A stretch of DNA of 64,000 nt from Phaeosaccion multiseriatum (lineage: Eukaryota; Protista; Ochrophyta, other classes): positions 4,464,001 to 4,528,000 of the forward strand of contig OZ218952.1 in the NCBI GenBank assembly GCA_965112735.1. Reading direction: 5' to 3'. A program made the position numbers and the translations under genes. Positions 10,986-23,300 of the stretch are shown here, piece by piece. The notes below the pieces were generated by a model. That model did no database searches. It was given only the letters and a program-made list of their open reading frames with translations, and was not told the origin of the DNA. Numbering within the stretch: position 1 is the first letter of the stretch; each line of letters starts with the position of its first letter.

Positions 10986-13425
10986 GGGAGGGTGAGGGTG
11001 AGAGAGAGGGAGAGGCAGGAAGAACACACCTGCCATGCCATGTCATCGCCTCTCCCTCTCGCTCCGCTCAACCAGGACTCCCCCTCCTGCAGTCCATTCA
11101 TCCCATCCCCTCCCCTCCCCCTCCCCGTCTGGCTCACCAGGACTCCCCCTCCTGCAGCTCCTGCTGCTCCACCTCAATACCGAACAGCTCCTTGCAGACC
11201 ATCGCAAGGCCCTTGACGCAATTGTCCATCTCAAAGTGCGCAGAGAGAGTGCGGTTGTCGAGCTCGAACTGCATCGCCTTGGTGAGTCTGCAGCATAGGG
11301 TAAGGAAGCAAGTCGGTGAGGAAGAAGGAAGGGTGGGGGAGAGAGTGGGTGAGGGAGCTCGGAGAACCCATGCCGTGCCTGTTTCTCTATTTCGCTCTCG
11401 CTGTGTGTGTACGTATGTGTGTTCCCCCCCGCCCCTCGCTCTCTCTATCCCTCTCCCCTCGCTCTCTCTCTCCCCCTCTCTCTCTCTGTCTCACTCACCC
11501 CATGTAGTACGGAATGTCCCAGGCCTGGAGGTCATCGCTTCCCTCATACCTCATCTTGGCCTCTCTCAGAAGCTTCACCTCCGCCCGCACCTTACGCTCC
11601 AGCTTTGAGGCCATGTCGCGCAGAAAAGACACCACCTGTGAAAGGGAGAGAGGTGGATTAAAAAGAGAGTGCAGAGGGGCAGAGATAGAAAAAAAGAACA
11701 AGAGAGAAAGACAGGGAGAGAGAAAGGGAATGGGACAGCCATGCACTCACGCACTCACGCACTCACGCTGTCTGGGTTCTCTGCCATGCGCATGGTGAGT
11801 AGTCGGTGTGCGTAGCTCGGGAAGCCTAACTTGAGCGCGTAGGCGTGGCGTGCCTGGAGGAGATGCTCCAGCACAGGCACGTTGTCCTCCGTGACTGTGT
11901 TGAGTTGGAAGTAGATTTGGCGCCGCGTCTCACCATCCCGCACGTACTTGAGCATAGCACTGAAGAGAGAAGAGAAGAGAAGCGAAAAAGCAAAAGCAAA
12001 GTAGAGGAAGGAAAAGGAAGCAAAAGCAAAAGCAGCAAAACAAAGCAAAGTCAAGAAAAGAAAACGAAAAGGAGCAAAGCTTCTTGTTCGTCTCTCTCTC
12101 CATCTCTACTCTCTCTCACCTGCAAATGTGGCTGGCAGTGCTGAGGGTGAAGACGTCGTCGCTCTGCCCCGCTGGTTGGGGAATAGCGGCAAGAATGTGC
12201 TCCGGCACGCCCCGTAACGCCGCCTTTTGCACCTAAACAAATCAGGGTTCCAGTTCCAGCTCCAGTTTCAGTTTCCGTCGAAAACAGCACAATATCGAAA
12301 CATCGAACATCGATACGCACGCTCCATTCGAGAGGGAGAGAGCTCTGACCTGAAAGTGGCGCTGCTTGGTGACGAGGTTGGAATTGAAGAGCGTCTCCAG
12401 CTGCGTCATCTTCCCCTGCAGGCTGCCCAATTGCTCCCTGTCCTCGGTACTGAGATGGATGCCGCTCGCCTCCATCTCCTGTTATCGCCCCGTACCATGT
12501 ACAACAAGGCATTGATTGTCGTGTAACGCACAAACCGTAAAACCAGCCGAACAACGAACGTGTGTACATACAAATGGCAACATACCGTCTTCAGGGTGGT
12601 GGCCACGAGTCGCTGCTCCTCTGTGAAGCCATCCATGACCTCAGGAGCCTCCGCCACGGCCCTGAGGGCAGAGTAGATGCTCACGTCCGTATTGAGCTGC
12701 TGAATGAAGCCCGCCAGGAGGGTGAAGCTGTCCTCCGCGCACTAGACACGTGCGTGTGTGTTGTGAGTGATTGTGTGTGTGCGTGCGTGTGCGTGTCAGA
12801 AAAAAAAACGTGTAGGAGGGAGCAGTAAGCATGATGAGGACCCACAACGGAATCACGTGCCTTGCAACAAACAGCACATGAACGTAAGGATTTCCATTGC
12901 CATTACCGTACCTGCCTCCACTCCTCGTCTGTGTGCACCGAGCGGATGAACTCGGCAGAGTCGATCACGGAGCAGATCTACACAAGCGCGCGTTCAAGCG
13001 AGCAAATACAGAAGGAGGAGGAGGAGGAGGAGGAGGAGGAAGACCAGTCAGAAATCTCGTGAGCAATCCCCACTCACTCCCTCCCGCCCCCCGTCCGCAC
13101 CCCCCCGCTAATCGGACCAGCGTGGGGAGAGAGAACGAGATATAGGTATATACATACAAAATAAATAGAGAGAGAGAGAGAGAGAGAGAGTAGCAGAGAA
13201 AGCCCAAAGTCTAGACTCCAAAAGCACCACCGCCGCACCGTATTGGAGATGCCATCGAGGTCCCGCAGGAAAGCAAGGCTCTTGGCCGCATCGATACCCA
13301 GACTCGGTGTGGGGTTGTCGTACTCGTGAATCCGACCCATCACCACTTCGCAGTGCTCAATGGCCCCGCGTGCAAGTCGCATGAAGTCATCGGGCTCGCG
13401 CAAGCCCTGTACCCCAGCCAAGCCC

Positions 13426-13457
<32 letters not shown>

Positions 13458-13931
13458 GCGGTCTCCTTCTGACGTTGTCGAGAGCACGTTCCAAAAGGCC
13501 AAGCCTCGTCTGCGTCCTATCCGGGGCGAGAAATCGAAGGCCTCCCTGCCAATACAGCCGCTGCCCATTGTCCGGCTCTGAACCCCGTATGGGAGGGACG
13601 GCTCGACGCTTCTACTGCTGCTGCGCCCATTGCCAAAGCCTTGCAATCTGCTGTCTCTTCCTCTCTTTAATCCGCATCCGTGTCTCCTGTTGCTTTCCGA
13701 CGGCCAGCCTCCTGCTGCTGCTACTGTCGCGGCCGCTGGTGGTGGTGCAGACCGGGGATGCGGCGCTCCACCAGCAAAGTTGCCTATCCTGCTGCCGTGT
13801 GCAGCTGTCGAGGACGTCCTTCGCACGACTGACAATCTCGCTCTGAGCTTGTCTTGGTGATGCTGCACCACCCTCTTGCGGTACGTGAAAGCAGCCGCAG
13901 ACAACCTGCTTCCTACACCATGGGGGGGCAT
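8090..13931 (-). CDS. MIPEP: Mitochondrial intermediate peptidase (M3 metallopeptidase), multi-exon
   Basis: HEXXH motif [26 protein letters not shown], followed by [21 protein letters not shown] and [16 protein letters not shown]; LQAWDIPYY; Arg/Ser-rich N-terminus. Confidence 0.9.
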
Positions 13932-14218
13932 CTTCAGATAGAGAGCTCAGGAGGTCGCAAATGCGTCCCTCTTCGCCTGAAAGCTCCGAGGAAGGCTGCC
14001 ACTGCTGCTGCTACATGTAGGGTGCTTGGAGAAGCAAAGAGAGAACCCGGAAACCTATACACACTTTCAGTTTCAATTTCTTTTTTTTTCCTCCCTCATT
14101 TCTCCTCCCTCACTCGTCTCTCTCTGTTTTGCTCTCACGGAGAAGGAAGGTGAAGAGTGAGCTTAGAGAAGAAGGACTGAGTTGCTACAGCTGCTGCGTG
14201 ACTCGGTGCCGAGGACGA

Positions 14219-15667
14219 ATGGCCGGCAGAAGAAGGCTGAGGGAGGAAAGGAGGACAAGGGGGACGACAATCACGCGGAGGCTCATGAGCTATGTCTGCT
14301 GCTGCCTCTGCTGCTGGTTGCCTCGCTGTACAGGGTTCCGATTGGGGGGGTTGGGACTGGGTCGAGGAGTTGGTCCTTCCCTTCCATGTGACCGTCAGCA
14401 GCATGGAGTACCAGCAACAGCGGCAGGACGCGGCGGCATGAGCTTCAGTCGAGCGACGTGTTGCGAGGGGCATAGGGGAGATTGGGGGAGAGGAAAGAGG
14501 ACTCTGGAGGTGCGGTGTCGAGCAACTCCGGAGAGGAGGCAGGCTGAGAATGTGTTCAATAGACGGGGTGCCACTGAGCAGCAGCAGCCGCAGTGGAGAC
14601 AACCGAGGCGACGGCGAAGGAGAACGGGGTTGCAATCGGTTCCGACACAGCAACAGTCCGAGGGCGGGGATCACCGGAGCCGGCAAAGCAAAGAAGGAGA
14701 AGAAGGAGAAGAAGGAGGAGGAGGAGGCGAGGAGATGGAAGAAAGCAAGGCACAAAGTGAGACGGGCGAGAAGGCGCCGTACAGCTCCACAGGAGGGTGG
14801 TACAGCCCTCAGACAGAGGGAGGATCCAGTCTATACGACATCATTAACGATGGGCCGAGGCCGTGGATGCAGCCCCTGGTGCCGCGCGCACAGCGAGAGC
14901 AAGAGTCCAATGAGCAGCGGACGGCTGCCAAGGTGAGAGGCGGGGTAGGCGGGGAGGGAGGAGAAACTGCGTGTGTACTCTATTGGGTGATGCTGAGAGC
15001 GAGAGTTTTTGCCATCCACAATCATCTCTATTAGTGTTGTCCAGGAGAAAGAGGTGTTGTCCTATTACACACATCATGGCGGAGAACAGCCGCACAGCCG
15101 CCGCTGCATGTCAACCCCAACCCACTACCCCACCACCTTTGTCCACGCACAACAGATTAGAGACGCCCAGGAGATCGAGGACAAGGGCGTTTCGGACAGG
15201 CGTAAGCTTGTGGACGATTGGGAGACGTACGACGAAGTGTGGGACACGATGCGAGAGGAGGCAAAGTTGGCAGCAGAGAGAGAGCCTCTGTTGGTGAGCT
15301 TTATCTACTCCACCATCCTCAACCAAAAGAGCCTGGAAAGGGCGGTGGCCTTTCACATGGCCAACAAGCTGTCCAGTGTCAACATGCGGGCCACTCAGGT
15401 GAGGAAAGGCGAATCGGGTTGGGGTGAGGTGGTGGGGTGGGTTGGGTAGCGAAGACCCATCGACTCGGAGTCAATCCCGGCTCACTTAAGTGCTATGCAT
15501 TCGTCGGGTGTGGGTGCGTGTGTACTGCTTGGAGGGAGGGCACCCCGGCACCCCCCCTGTCTGTCCCGACGGAGAGCTCCGATGGATTGGAAGGAATGGC
15601 CTCCTGTGTGTCCGTCTGACGCCAAGAGGCGTGCTCTCCCTTGCCCTCCCCCTCCTCCTCTTGCTGC

Positions 15668-15699
<32 letters not shown>

Positions 15700-17439
15700 A
15701 ATGGACTGACTTGTATCACGTTAGGTTCAAGAGCTCTTTAAGGAGTGTTTGAACTCGGACCCGTCCTTCAGGCGCTCGCTGCGCAGGTGAGCAAAGGTGA
15801 AGGAGGTTGGGAGGGTAATGAGGTAGTGAGTTTCGCACCGCACCGTATCAGGGGCGAAAGAGCTGGGTGTCGACTTGGGCTGGCAGCAGCTGCTGTATCA
15901 CCAACTGAGACTGCTGCTGCTGCTGGTGGTGGTGGTGGTACCTCTCTAGCAACACCAACTTAATCCCTTCCTTTCTTCCTCCCTCCACTCTCAGGGACAT
16001 CATCGCCGTCCGAGAGCGTGATCCGGCCTGTACCTCCTATCACGATGCTCTGCTTTACTTCAAGGGCTTTCAGGCCCTGCAGACGCACCGAGTGGCGCAC
16101 TGGCTCTACAAGGAGGGAAGGCATTCCATCGCCTACTACCTGCAGAGCCAGGTGGGTACATGGTGGTGTGCGTTGGTGGGGTTAGTGATGGTGATGGTGG
16201 TGGTTGTGGTAGTGGTTGTGGTGATACAGCAACAGCAGCAGCAGTAGTTGGTGGTACATACAGCAGCAGCTTGGCATCTCCCCTCCATCTTGGGGACATC
16301 CTCGCCTTGCGACGCTTCAACCCTCCTCCGCTCTGCCCGGATGTGCAACAGGTGAACCAGGAGTTCCAAATCGACATCCACCCCCGGGTCAAGTTTGGCG
16401 AGGGCGTGTTCATAGGTGGGTGGGTGGAAGCCCGTGCGAAAGCCGAAGCGCGTGCGTGCGTGCGTGCGTGCGTGCGTGCTTGCGTGCTTGTTGTCGCTGT
16501 GGTCTTTGGGTATCGGACTTTCTTCCTTTGCCATGGGGGAGACAGTGTGATCCGACCCGACACAATGTGGATGGAGCTGCACTGCCAAAGTGTCGCTCCG
16601 CTCTCCGCTCCCTGTCTCCCCCTGCCCCGTTGGTCTTTTGGTTCGCCCTACCACCCTGTGTATGCCAGTACCCAACCTTCCCTGTCCTACTCCCTACAGA
16701 ACCAGCTATTCACACCTTCCTTAACCTCCCCTCCTCCTCCTCCTCCTCCTCCTCCTGCTGCTGTCCCTTCCCTTTGCTTGAAAGATCACGGCACTGGTAT
16801 CGTCATCGGCGAAACTGCCACCATTGGTAACGACGTGTCTATGCTACACCTCGTAACGCTCGGCGGCTCGGGCATTGAAGACAAACAAAGGCACCCCCAG
16901 ATCGGCAATGGCGTGCTCATTGGGGCCGGCGCGTGCCTACTCGGAAACATTGCCATCGGAGACGGGGCGCAGATCGGTGAGACTGGGGACAGACGTCAAG
17001 AAGTAAACTCGAGCGAATGACTTCTTCTTTGGGCCTTTCGTCTGTTCACCGTCTACTTTGCTCCTTTCTTACCCTTTCTTTGGGCCTTTCGTCTCTTCAC
17101 CGTCTACTTTGCTCCTTTCTTACCCAACGGGGCGTTCAACGGGGCGTTGTCGTGTTTCGACGTGTTTCAGAGTGACTGACTGACTGACTCACCCGACACC
17201 CCCTTTCCTTGCCCGCCCCCCCCCCCCGTCCGTTGACTCTGGCTACCTCTATCCTCCTCTGACTGTATGTATCCGCTTCTGACTGCCCAGGTGCCTGCTC
17301 ACTGGTGTTGGAGGACGTGCCCTCAAACTGTGTGGCGGTGGGGGTGCCTGCCAAGGTGCTTGGCAAGAGCAAGGTCAAGGAGCCCGCCAAGGAGATGCAA
17401 CAAGACTTCTGGACTCCTGAAGAGGCCATGGGCATCTGA
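14219..17439 (+). CDS. cysE: Serine O-acetyltransferase (CysE/SAT), likely plastid-targeted, multi-exon
   Basis: [15 protein letters not shown]; [31 protein letters not shown]; IDIHP; [30 protein letters not shown]...[15 protein letters not shown] hexapeptide region; signal-like [18 protein letters not shown] from alternative ATG 14285. Confidence 0.93.
17025..17125. repeat. ~51-bp near-perfect tandem duplication in last SAT intron
   Basis: TTCTTTGGGCCTTTCGTCT(G/C)TTCACCGTCTACTTTGCTCCTTTCTTACCC occurs twice in tandem. Confidence 0.8.
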
Positions 17440-17656
17440 GGCAGCTTGGGTGTCTTGCGGTTCTTGTAGTTGGGGGGCTGAGGGGTTCAAAAGTAAATAG
17501 CGACTTTCCTTATAAAATCGATGCTGTTACAGAATTCACGTAAGTCAGGGACCATTTCCTCAACCTTTCTGTACACATGTGTCGCCAGATTGAATATATA
17601 TATTTTAATATATAGAATATAAGCCGAGGGGAGAGGGGAGGAAGTGGGCGAGGAAC

Positions 17657-19975
17657 ATGTCGCTTGCTTGTTTGAAGGTCGGACTCTGTCTCGTACTTGT
17701 GTGTGGGCTGTGGCTAACTTTTTCACTTACCTCGTACGACAAGGTTAAATCGGCAGTGTGGCGGATGCCTGCGAAACGCGATGGTCGTCTTGGCCACGAG
17801 AACGAGGGCGGCGACTTCCCTTCTCGTGCTTCGTCATTCACAAGCTCATTGCGGCAGGTGTCTCCCACTACCAAACTCGATGATGGTGCCTCGGCTGCTT
17901 CGCCTTTGTCATCCAGCCGTATTGTTCGAGAGCTGCGAGAATTGGGCGTCGAGGAATACGTTGTCACGCGGGGTGCGGGCAGAGAGTACAGAGAGCTGGC
18001 CGTGGAGGTAGATGGTGGGGGATCTCATGAGACGGCCACAGCAGAGACACCATGCACACATTCTTGTCCGCCCTCGCCCCTGCCAGTTGTAGTGCTTGTC
18101 CATCATCGAGAGTTCTATGCGGGATGCCATAGCTTCGAGCGCTTCCTGAACCCCCGCTGGCAAACCATCTTTGTTCTAGGAACGGAAATGGTGGACAACT
18201 TCGAACTCAGGGACCTCGTCGCGCAGCGGACCGAGGACAGCCTTGCTGGGGTAGTCCATCTCGCAATGCTCAACACCACCATGACTGGGGAATGGCTGGG
18301 GAGGCAGGTAGCGCTCAAGATCCTCGCACACGAGGATGAAGGCGATGAAGACTCGTCTCCACTTGCACCACCACTCCTACTCTCTACGCATTGCGACATT
18401 CACCCTTTGCCAGAGTGGCACGAGCAGCATGTGCCCTTTGAAGACATCGTCTCGAGAATGGTGGGGGAGTTTGTCGAGGAAACAAGGTTGAGCCAGCAAG
18501 AAGATGCGAAGGAGAGCAATGTTGTGGAGCACATGCCAAAGTACGCCGCTTCTTCGTTGCACGAGAGGAAGTGCGCAGAGGTGTTTTCACATGTGGACAG
18601 GCCTCTTTTGGTGATGAATACAGCCATGGTCGAGTCACTGCCGTCCAGCAACGATTTAAGCGGGTCAAAGTTTCATTCTCAACAAGTCGGTCTTGAGAAG
18701 AACTGGCCTGAGCGTTTCAGCCGGCCTGCGGACCTCCCCCCTGGCAAGCCATGGATGAGCGACGTGTCCACATGGGTTGAAGACCACTTCGCACTGTACA
18801 ACGTTACTCTGCTGTCCGAGATTGTGGACCCTCTTGCCAGGGTGCACGCGACCGTGTCGGCAGGAGTCAAGGCCATCCCGCAGATACTGTGCAAGAGGGG
18901 GTGGAAGGCGGTGCGATTGAACGACGCTCCAATGTTTTATGACTTTGCAAAGTCCCAGCACATGTCCGAGGGTGTGACGAAGGGGCAAGGTTTGAACGGC
19001 AACGGCAACGGCAACGGCACGGGCACCACCACCACCACCACCACCACCACCACCACCACCACCACTACTACTACTGCTACTAACGTGCATGCGTTGCACA
19101 ACCCAGAAAACTACCCCGGCTCGGTGTCGCTCGACTGGCTGTTTACGGGTGCTCTCGTCAATCTCGCCATCGTCAACAGTCCCATGGGATGTCTTGCAGA
19201 GTACATGAGGCTTCTCGTGTTTGGGCATCAAGAGGTCGTCATATCATGTGTCATTGCCGAGTTTCACCTGCAGGCTAATCACGTGCCCTCAGCCGTGTGG
19301 GAAGGCAGGATTCGTGAGCACGAAACGGTCGTCGTGGCGTTGATGCAGCTACATGGGTATGAACTGACGAGCCGCACCGAAGATCAATTGACCTTTGTCT
19401 CCATCCCTGCCCCAGCAACGCGTGCTTTGGCCTTGACTCACTCAGCTGGAGACAGTCCTACTTCTACTTCTACTTCTTCTACTGCTACTACTGGCACTAC
19501 CACTAGAGGCGCTACGACAGTTACGGGCCCGCTTTTCGCTGACTCGTCGGAGGCTCACGCTCTCGGACCACCGAGAATAGAGACCATTTCCCTCTGCAGG
19601 GACGACACGCTGAGTAAAGGGCTGTTCTTCAAGCCCTGGGACCCCACGAGTATCCTCCGCTATACGCAGAAGCCGTGGCATACCCTGACCCGTCGTGAAC
19701 AGTACCGAGAGGCAGCAACGAATCTCTGCCAGCGGATCAGCAAGTCGCAACAACACATGACGTCATCGCCGTGTGCTGCGTCGACGGAGGATTGTCTACA
19801 AGAAGTAGGCGGAGTTGTGGGGCCGCCGTCGGATGGGGGCACCGGGATTAGCAGTGACGAGACGAGCACGCTGTTGAGTGCGGACATTATCAAAGCATTC
19901 GCCCCCATTGCAGAGGTCTGCGACGCCTATCTGTCTTTAATCGGTAAGGTGCGGCTGGGTAAGGTGCGCAATTGA
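17657..19975 (+). CDS. Intronless 772-aa type II membrane protein, possibly a divergent GT-A glycosyltransferase
   Basis: Long ATG-to-stop ORF; N-terminal hydrophobic anchor VGLCLVLVCGLWLTFSL, S-rich stem, then PVVVLVHHREFY...QTIFVLG...LLLSTHCDIHP...WVEDHFALYN, loosely GT2-like. ORF is solid; function is inference. Confidence 0.65.
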   Translation: MSLACLKVGLCLVLVCGLWLTFSLTSYDKVKSAVWRMPAKRDGRLGHENEGGDFPSRASSFTSSLRQVSPTTKLDDGASAASPLSSSRIVRELRELGVEEYVVTRGAGREYRELAVEVDGGGSHETATAETPCTHSCPPSPLPVVVLVHHREFYAGCHSFERFLNPRWQTIFVLGTEMVDNFELRDLVAQRTEDSLAGVVHLAMLNTTMTGEWLGRQVALKILAHEDEGDEDSSPLAPPLLLSTHCDIHPLPEWHEQHVPFEDIVSRMVGEFVEETRLSQQEDAKESNVVEHMPKYAASSLHERKCAEVFSHVDRPLLVMNTAMVESLPSSNDLSGSKFHSQQVGLEKNWPERFSRPADLPPGKPWMSDVSTWVEDHFALYNVTLLSEIVDPLARVHATVSAGVKAIPQILCKRGWKAVRLNDAPMFYDFAKSQHMSEGVTKGQGLNGNGNGNGTGTTTTTTTTTTTTTTTTTATNVHALHNPENYPGSVSLDWLFTGALVNLAIVNSPMGCLAEYMRLLVFGHQEVVISCVIAEFHLQANHVPSAVWEGRIREHETVVVALMQLHGYELTSRTEDQLTFVSIPAPATRALALTHSAGDSPTSTSTSSTATTGTTTRGATTVTGPLFADSSEAHALGPPRIETISLCRDDTLSKGLFFKPWDPTSILRYTQKPWHTLTRREQYREAATNLCQRISKSQQHMTSSPCAASTEDCLQEVGGVVGPPSDGGTGISSDETSTLLSADIIKAFAPIAEVCDAYLSLIGKVRLGKVRN

Positions 19976-20302
19976 AATTGAAGCGATGGCAGCACAGCGA
20001 GGAACGCGTCGACTACAAAAGTCGACTACAAAAGGACTCAGGCGGCGATTTATTTTAAGTACAATAGCAGGATCAAGAAAAAAGATTTTCACGAATTAAA
20101 AGAGCAGGTCGAAGAGAAAAGGGACCAACCTATCGGGGTCCGACCTCCGGTCGCTCTAGCTGATTGTGCGTGTTGCATCTTTTTCTTTTGATAAGTGCTG
20201 GTGTGTGCGTGCGTGCGTGAGACAACCATTACTATTAGGTTTGGTTGGACATTTTGCATTAAACACCCCCTTTGTGTTCCCCTTGGCCCATTTGCTTTAG
20301 TC

Positions 20303-23300
20303 ATGGCTCTTCTTCAGGCGGGAGCGGTGCTTCCCCTTGTGGTGGTGATGATTCTGGCAGCCGGTCATCTAGCGGCGGCTTTCACGAGTGTGGGAAGTAT
20401 AGGAGGGAAGAGAGCATTAGTAGCAGGGGAACGAGGAGCGGTGTCATCAATGAGAGCAACCAAGGTACGCATTTGGCTGGAAAGGACATAGATCTGCTTG
20501 CTTGTGCTGCTTCTACCGCCACTTCTGCTCCTGCCGCTCCTGCTGGTCCAGTTGCCACTGTACGCGATGAACTGAAGCATCGCCTGGTTATTCGTAGGAG
20601 CACGTGTTTTTTTTTTTTAATGAGGAACCCCGAAGAGAGATATCCCGCATACCCCAGCGCCGGATGGATGGCACTGCTCGACGTACTCACCTCCTTCTTT
20701 CTCGTGCCCGCTTTCCCTCCTCTCTGCTCCCTATCTCAGCAGCAGGGCATGACTATGGAGCTGGATGCTTCGAGGTAAGGTTGGAGATAAATTCAACACT
20801 TTCCTCTTCCAATAAGGAATATGATCGATTGCTCTGTGCTTTGTTGCATCTCCTCTGCTGCTTGAGGCCCAACGAATGGGGCCCTCTGTTGCATCTCCTC
20901 TGCTGCAATCCCACACATGCGTTGTGCTTTTGTTCCTCCTCCCGTGTATCTCAGGCGGGTGGTGGTGACGGGTTTGGGAGTGGTTGCTGGTAACGGCATG
21001 GACGCACACACCTTCTTCGACTCGCTGGTGAAGGGCGAGAGCAGTATAGACACAGTTACGCGCTTCGACCCCACGGACTATGGGTGCCAGGTAAGAGAGA
21101 GGGAGATCGAGGGGGAGAGAGAGAGACAGAGAGAGAGAGGGCGAGGGAGAAGATTGGAACCCTACGATCCCATCCCATCCTCACATGTCATCCCATCGCA
21201 TACCATCCATCCCTCCCCTCCTCCTCCCCTCGTACCTACCTGCCTCCCTCCCACCCCCTCCACTCACCAACAGATTGGCAGCGAAGTGAAGAACTTCACC
21301 CCTGCCGACTACTTCACCGTAAAGAAGACTGCTCGCTCCAACGACCGCTGCACCCAGCTGGCCATGGCGGCCGCTCGTCTCGCAGTGGACGACTCCGGCC
21401 TAGACGTTAAGGCCAGCGGGGAGCGCTGCGGAGTGATGGTGTGTGTGTGTGTGTGGGTGGGTGGGTGGGCGGGTGTGGGTGGGTGGGTGTATATATGTGT
21501 ATATGTTGCAGCTGAGCTTTACCGCTTTCTCCTCTCCAAAAGGTTGGATCGGCATTTGGAGGCATGGAAACGTTCGAGCAGCAGGCGATCAAGCTCGAGA
21601 AGGGCGGGCCATCGAAGGTGAGAGAAAGAGAGAGAGAGAGAGGACAAACTCACTCGAGTTGTGTTGTTGTTTTCTCGTCCGCCAGCCCCCCTCTTTGTTT
21701 GTCCCTCTCCTTTCCTTTCCCCACACCCACTCACTTACTCACTCACTCCCACATCCACTGCCAACCCCCGGCCACTTGCCCGCCTTCTTCGCCGCCTTCC
21801 GACCCTCCTACCCACCTACCCACCTATCCCCCCGCATAGGTGTCCCCATTCGCCATCCCCGCGCTCCTAGGCAACACCGCGGCAGGCGTCATCGCCATCG
21901 AGACGGGAGCCAAGGGCCCCAACTTTGGACTAGGTGAGCACAGGGGTTGGTGGTAAAGCACAGTATAGCACAGCACAGCATGGCACAGCATGGCACCTTC
22001 ACCGTGTGTTCATTCGCCTCCCACTCTTGTCCGACGATACTCCCATTCTGCTATACGTCAATCGTGTTAACTGGTTGTGCTTGCTTCACCTCCTCCTCCT
22101 CCTCCTTCTTCTCCTCCTCCTCCTCCTCCTCCTCCTCCTCCTCCTCCTCCTCCTCCTCCTCCTCCTCCTCCTCCCCCTCCTCCTCCTCCTCCGGCTCCTC
22201 CTCCTCCTCCTCCTCCTCCCCCTACTCCCCTTCACCCTCCTCCATCCGCGGCACATGCAGTGTCCGCGTGTGCGACAGGTACACACTGTCTGGGAGAGGC
22301 TTTGCAGGTATGTAGGGTATATGTAGGGTACGCCACCTCACGTCAGGCAGACAGGCAGAGAGAGAGATGTGGGGTGGGTGATACTATTACGTCAGCGTCA
22401 GTGTCAACGTCTAAGTTCCCTCCCTCCATTCCTCCTCCGATCCTTCGCAGGCCATTCGGGAAGGAGAGGCGGATTGTATGATCGCAGGAGGGGCGGAGGC
22501 AGCAATGACGCCGCTGAGCTACGCAGGATTCTGCAGCCTCACCGCCATGGCCACCACCTACAACGACGAGTAAGTCAGTGAGAGGTCTCAGTAAGTCTCG
22601 GTAGAGGTCTCGTGAGTGAGGAGGGTTCAATGACTGATCTCAGGAAGGAAGGAAGGAAGGAAGGAAGGAGGTTTATTGACTCACTCACTCATCCCCTCTC
22701 CCTTCGCAGTCCTCAGAAGGCGTCTCGTCCCTTCGATGCTGCGCGCTGCGGATTCGTCATGGCGGAGGGGGCGGGGGTGCTCGTCTTGGAGTCGCTGGCA
22801 CACGCGGAGAAGCGGTGAGTGAGGGACGGAGTGGGTGAGTGGGAGAGGGGGGAGAGGGGGGGGGGGGCAGCAGAGTGGAGAGAGTGAGTGGGAGAGAGAA
22901 AACCAGAGGGAGGTTGTCGCTGACAAGTGCTCCTTTGCCCTCTTCCCTCCTTGTCGCTGGGCCCCTCCTGTACCTTGCTTGCCGGTGCGTATCCCCTGTC
23001 TCCGCCTCTCTCGTGTTCCCTCTTGACACAGCGGCGCGAACATCTACTGTGAGCTTGCCGGCTACGGAGCCTCTGGAGACGCTCACCACATCACCAGCCC
23101 CGCCCCCGACGGAGCAGGCCTCGCCAACGCCATTGCAAGGTACGTCCCATCCTGCGCGTTTGGTGATCCAGCAGATCCAGCAGATCCAGCAGGCGCCATC
23201 TGTGTATGTGTTGGTCATGTCTTCATGATTCCGATGCCCTCTCCTCTCCTCCCCTCTACAACAATAGGGCCCTTCGAAGTGGTGACACGGATGCCAGCGA

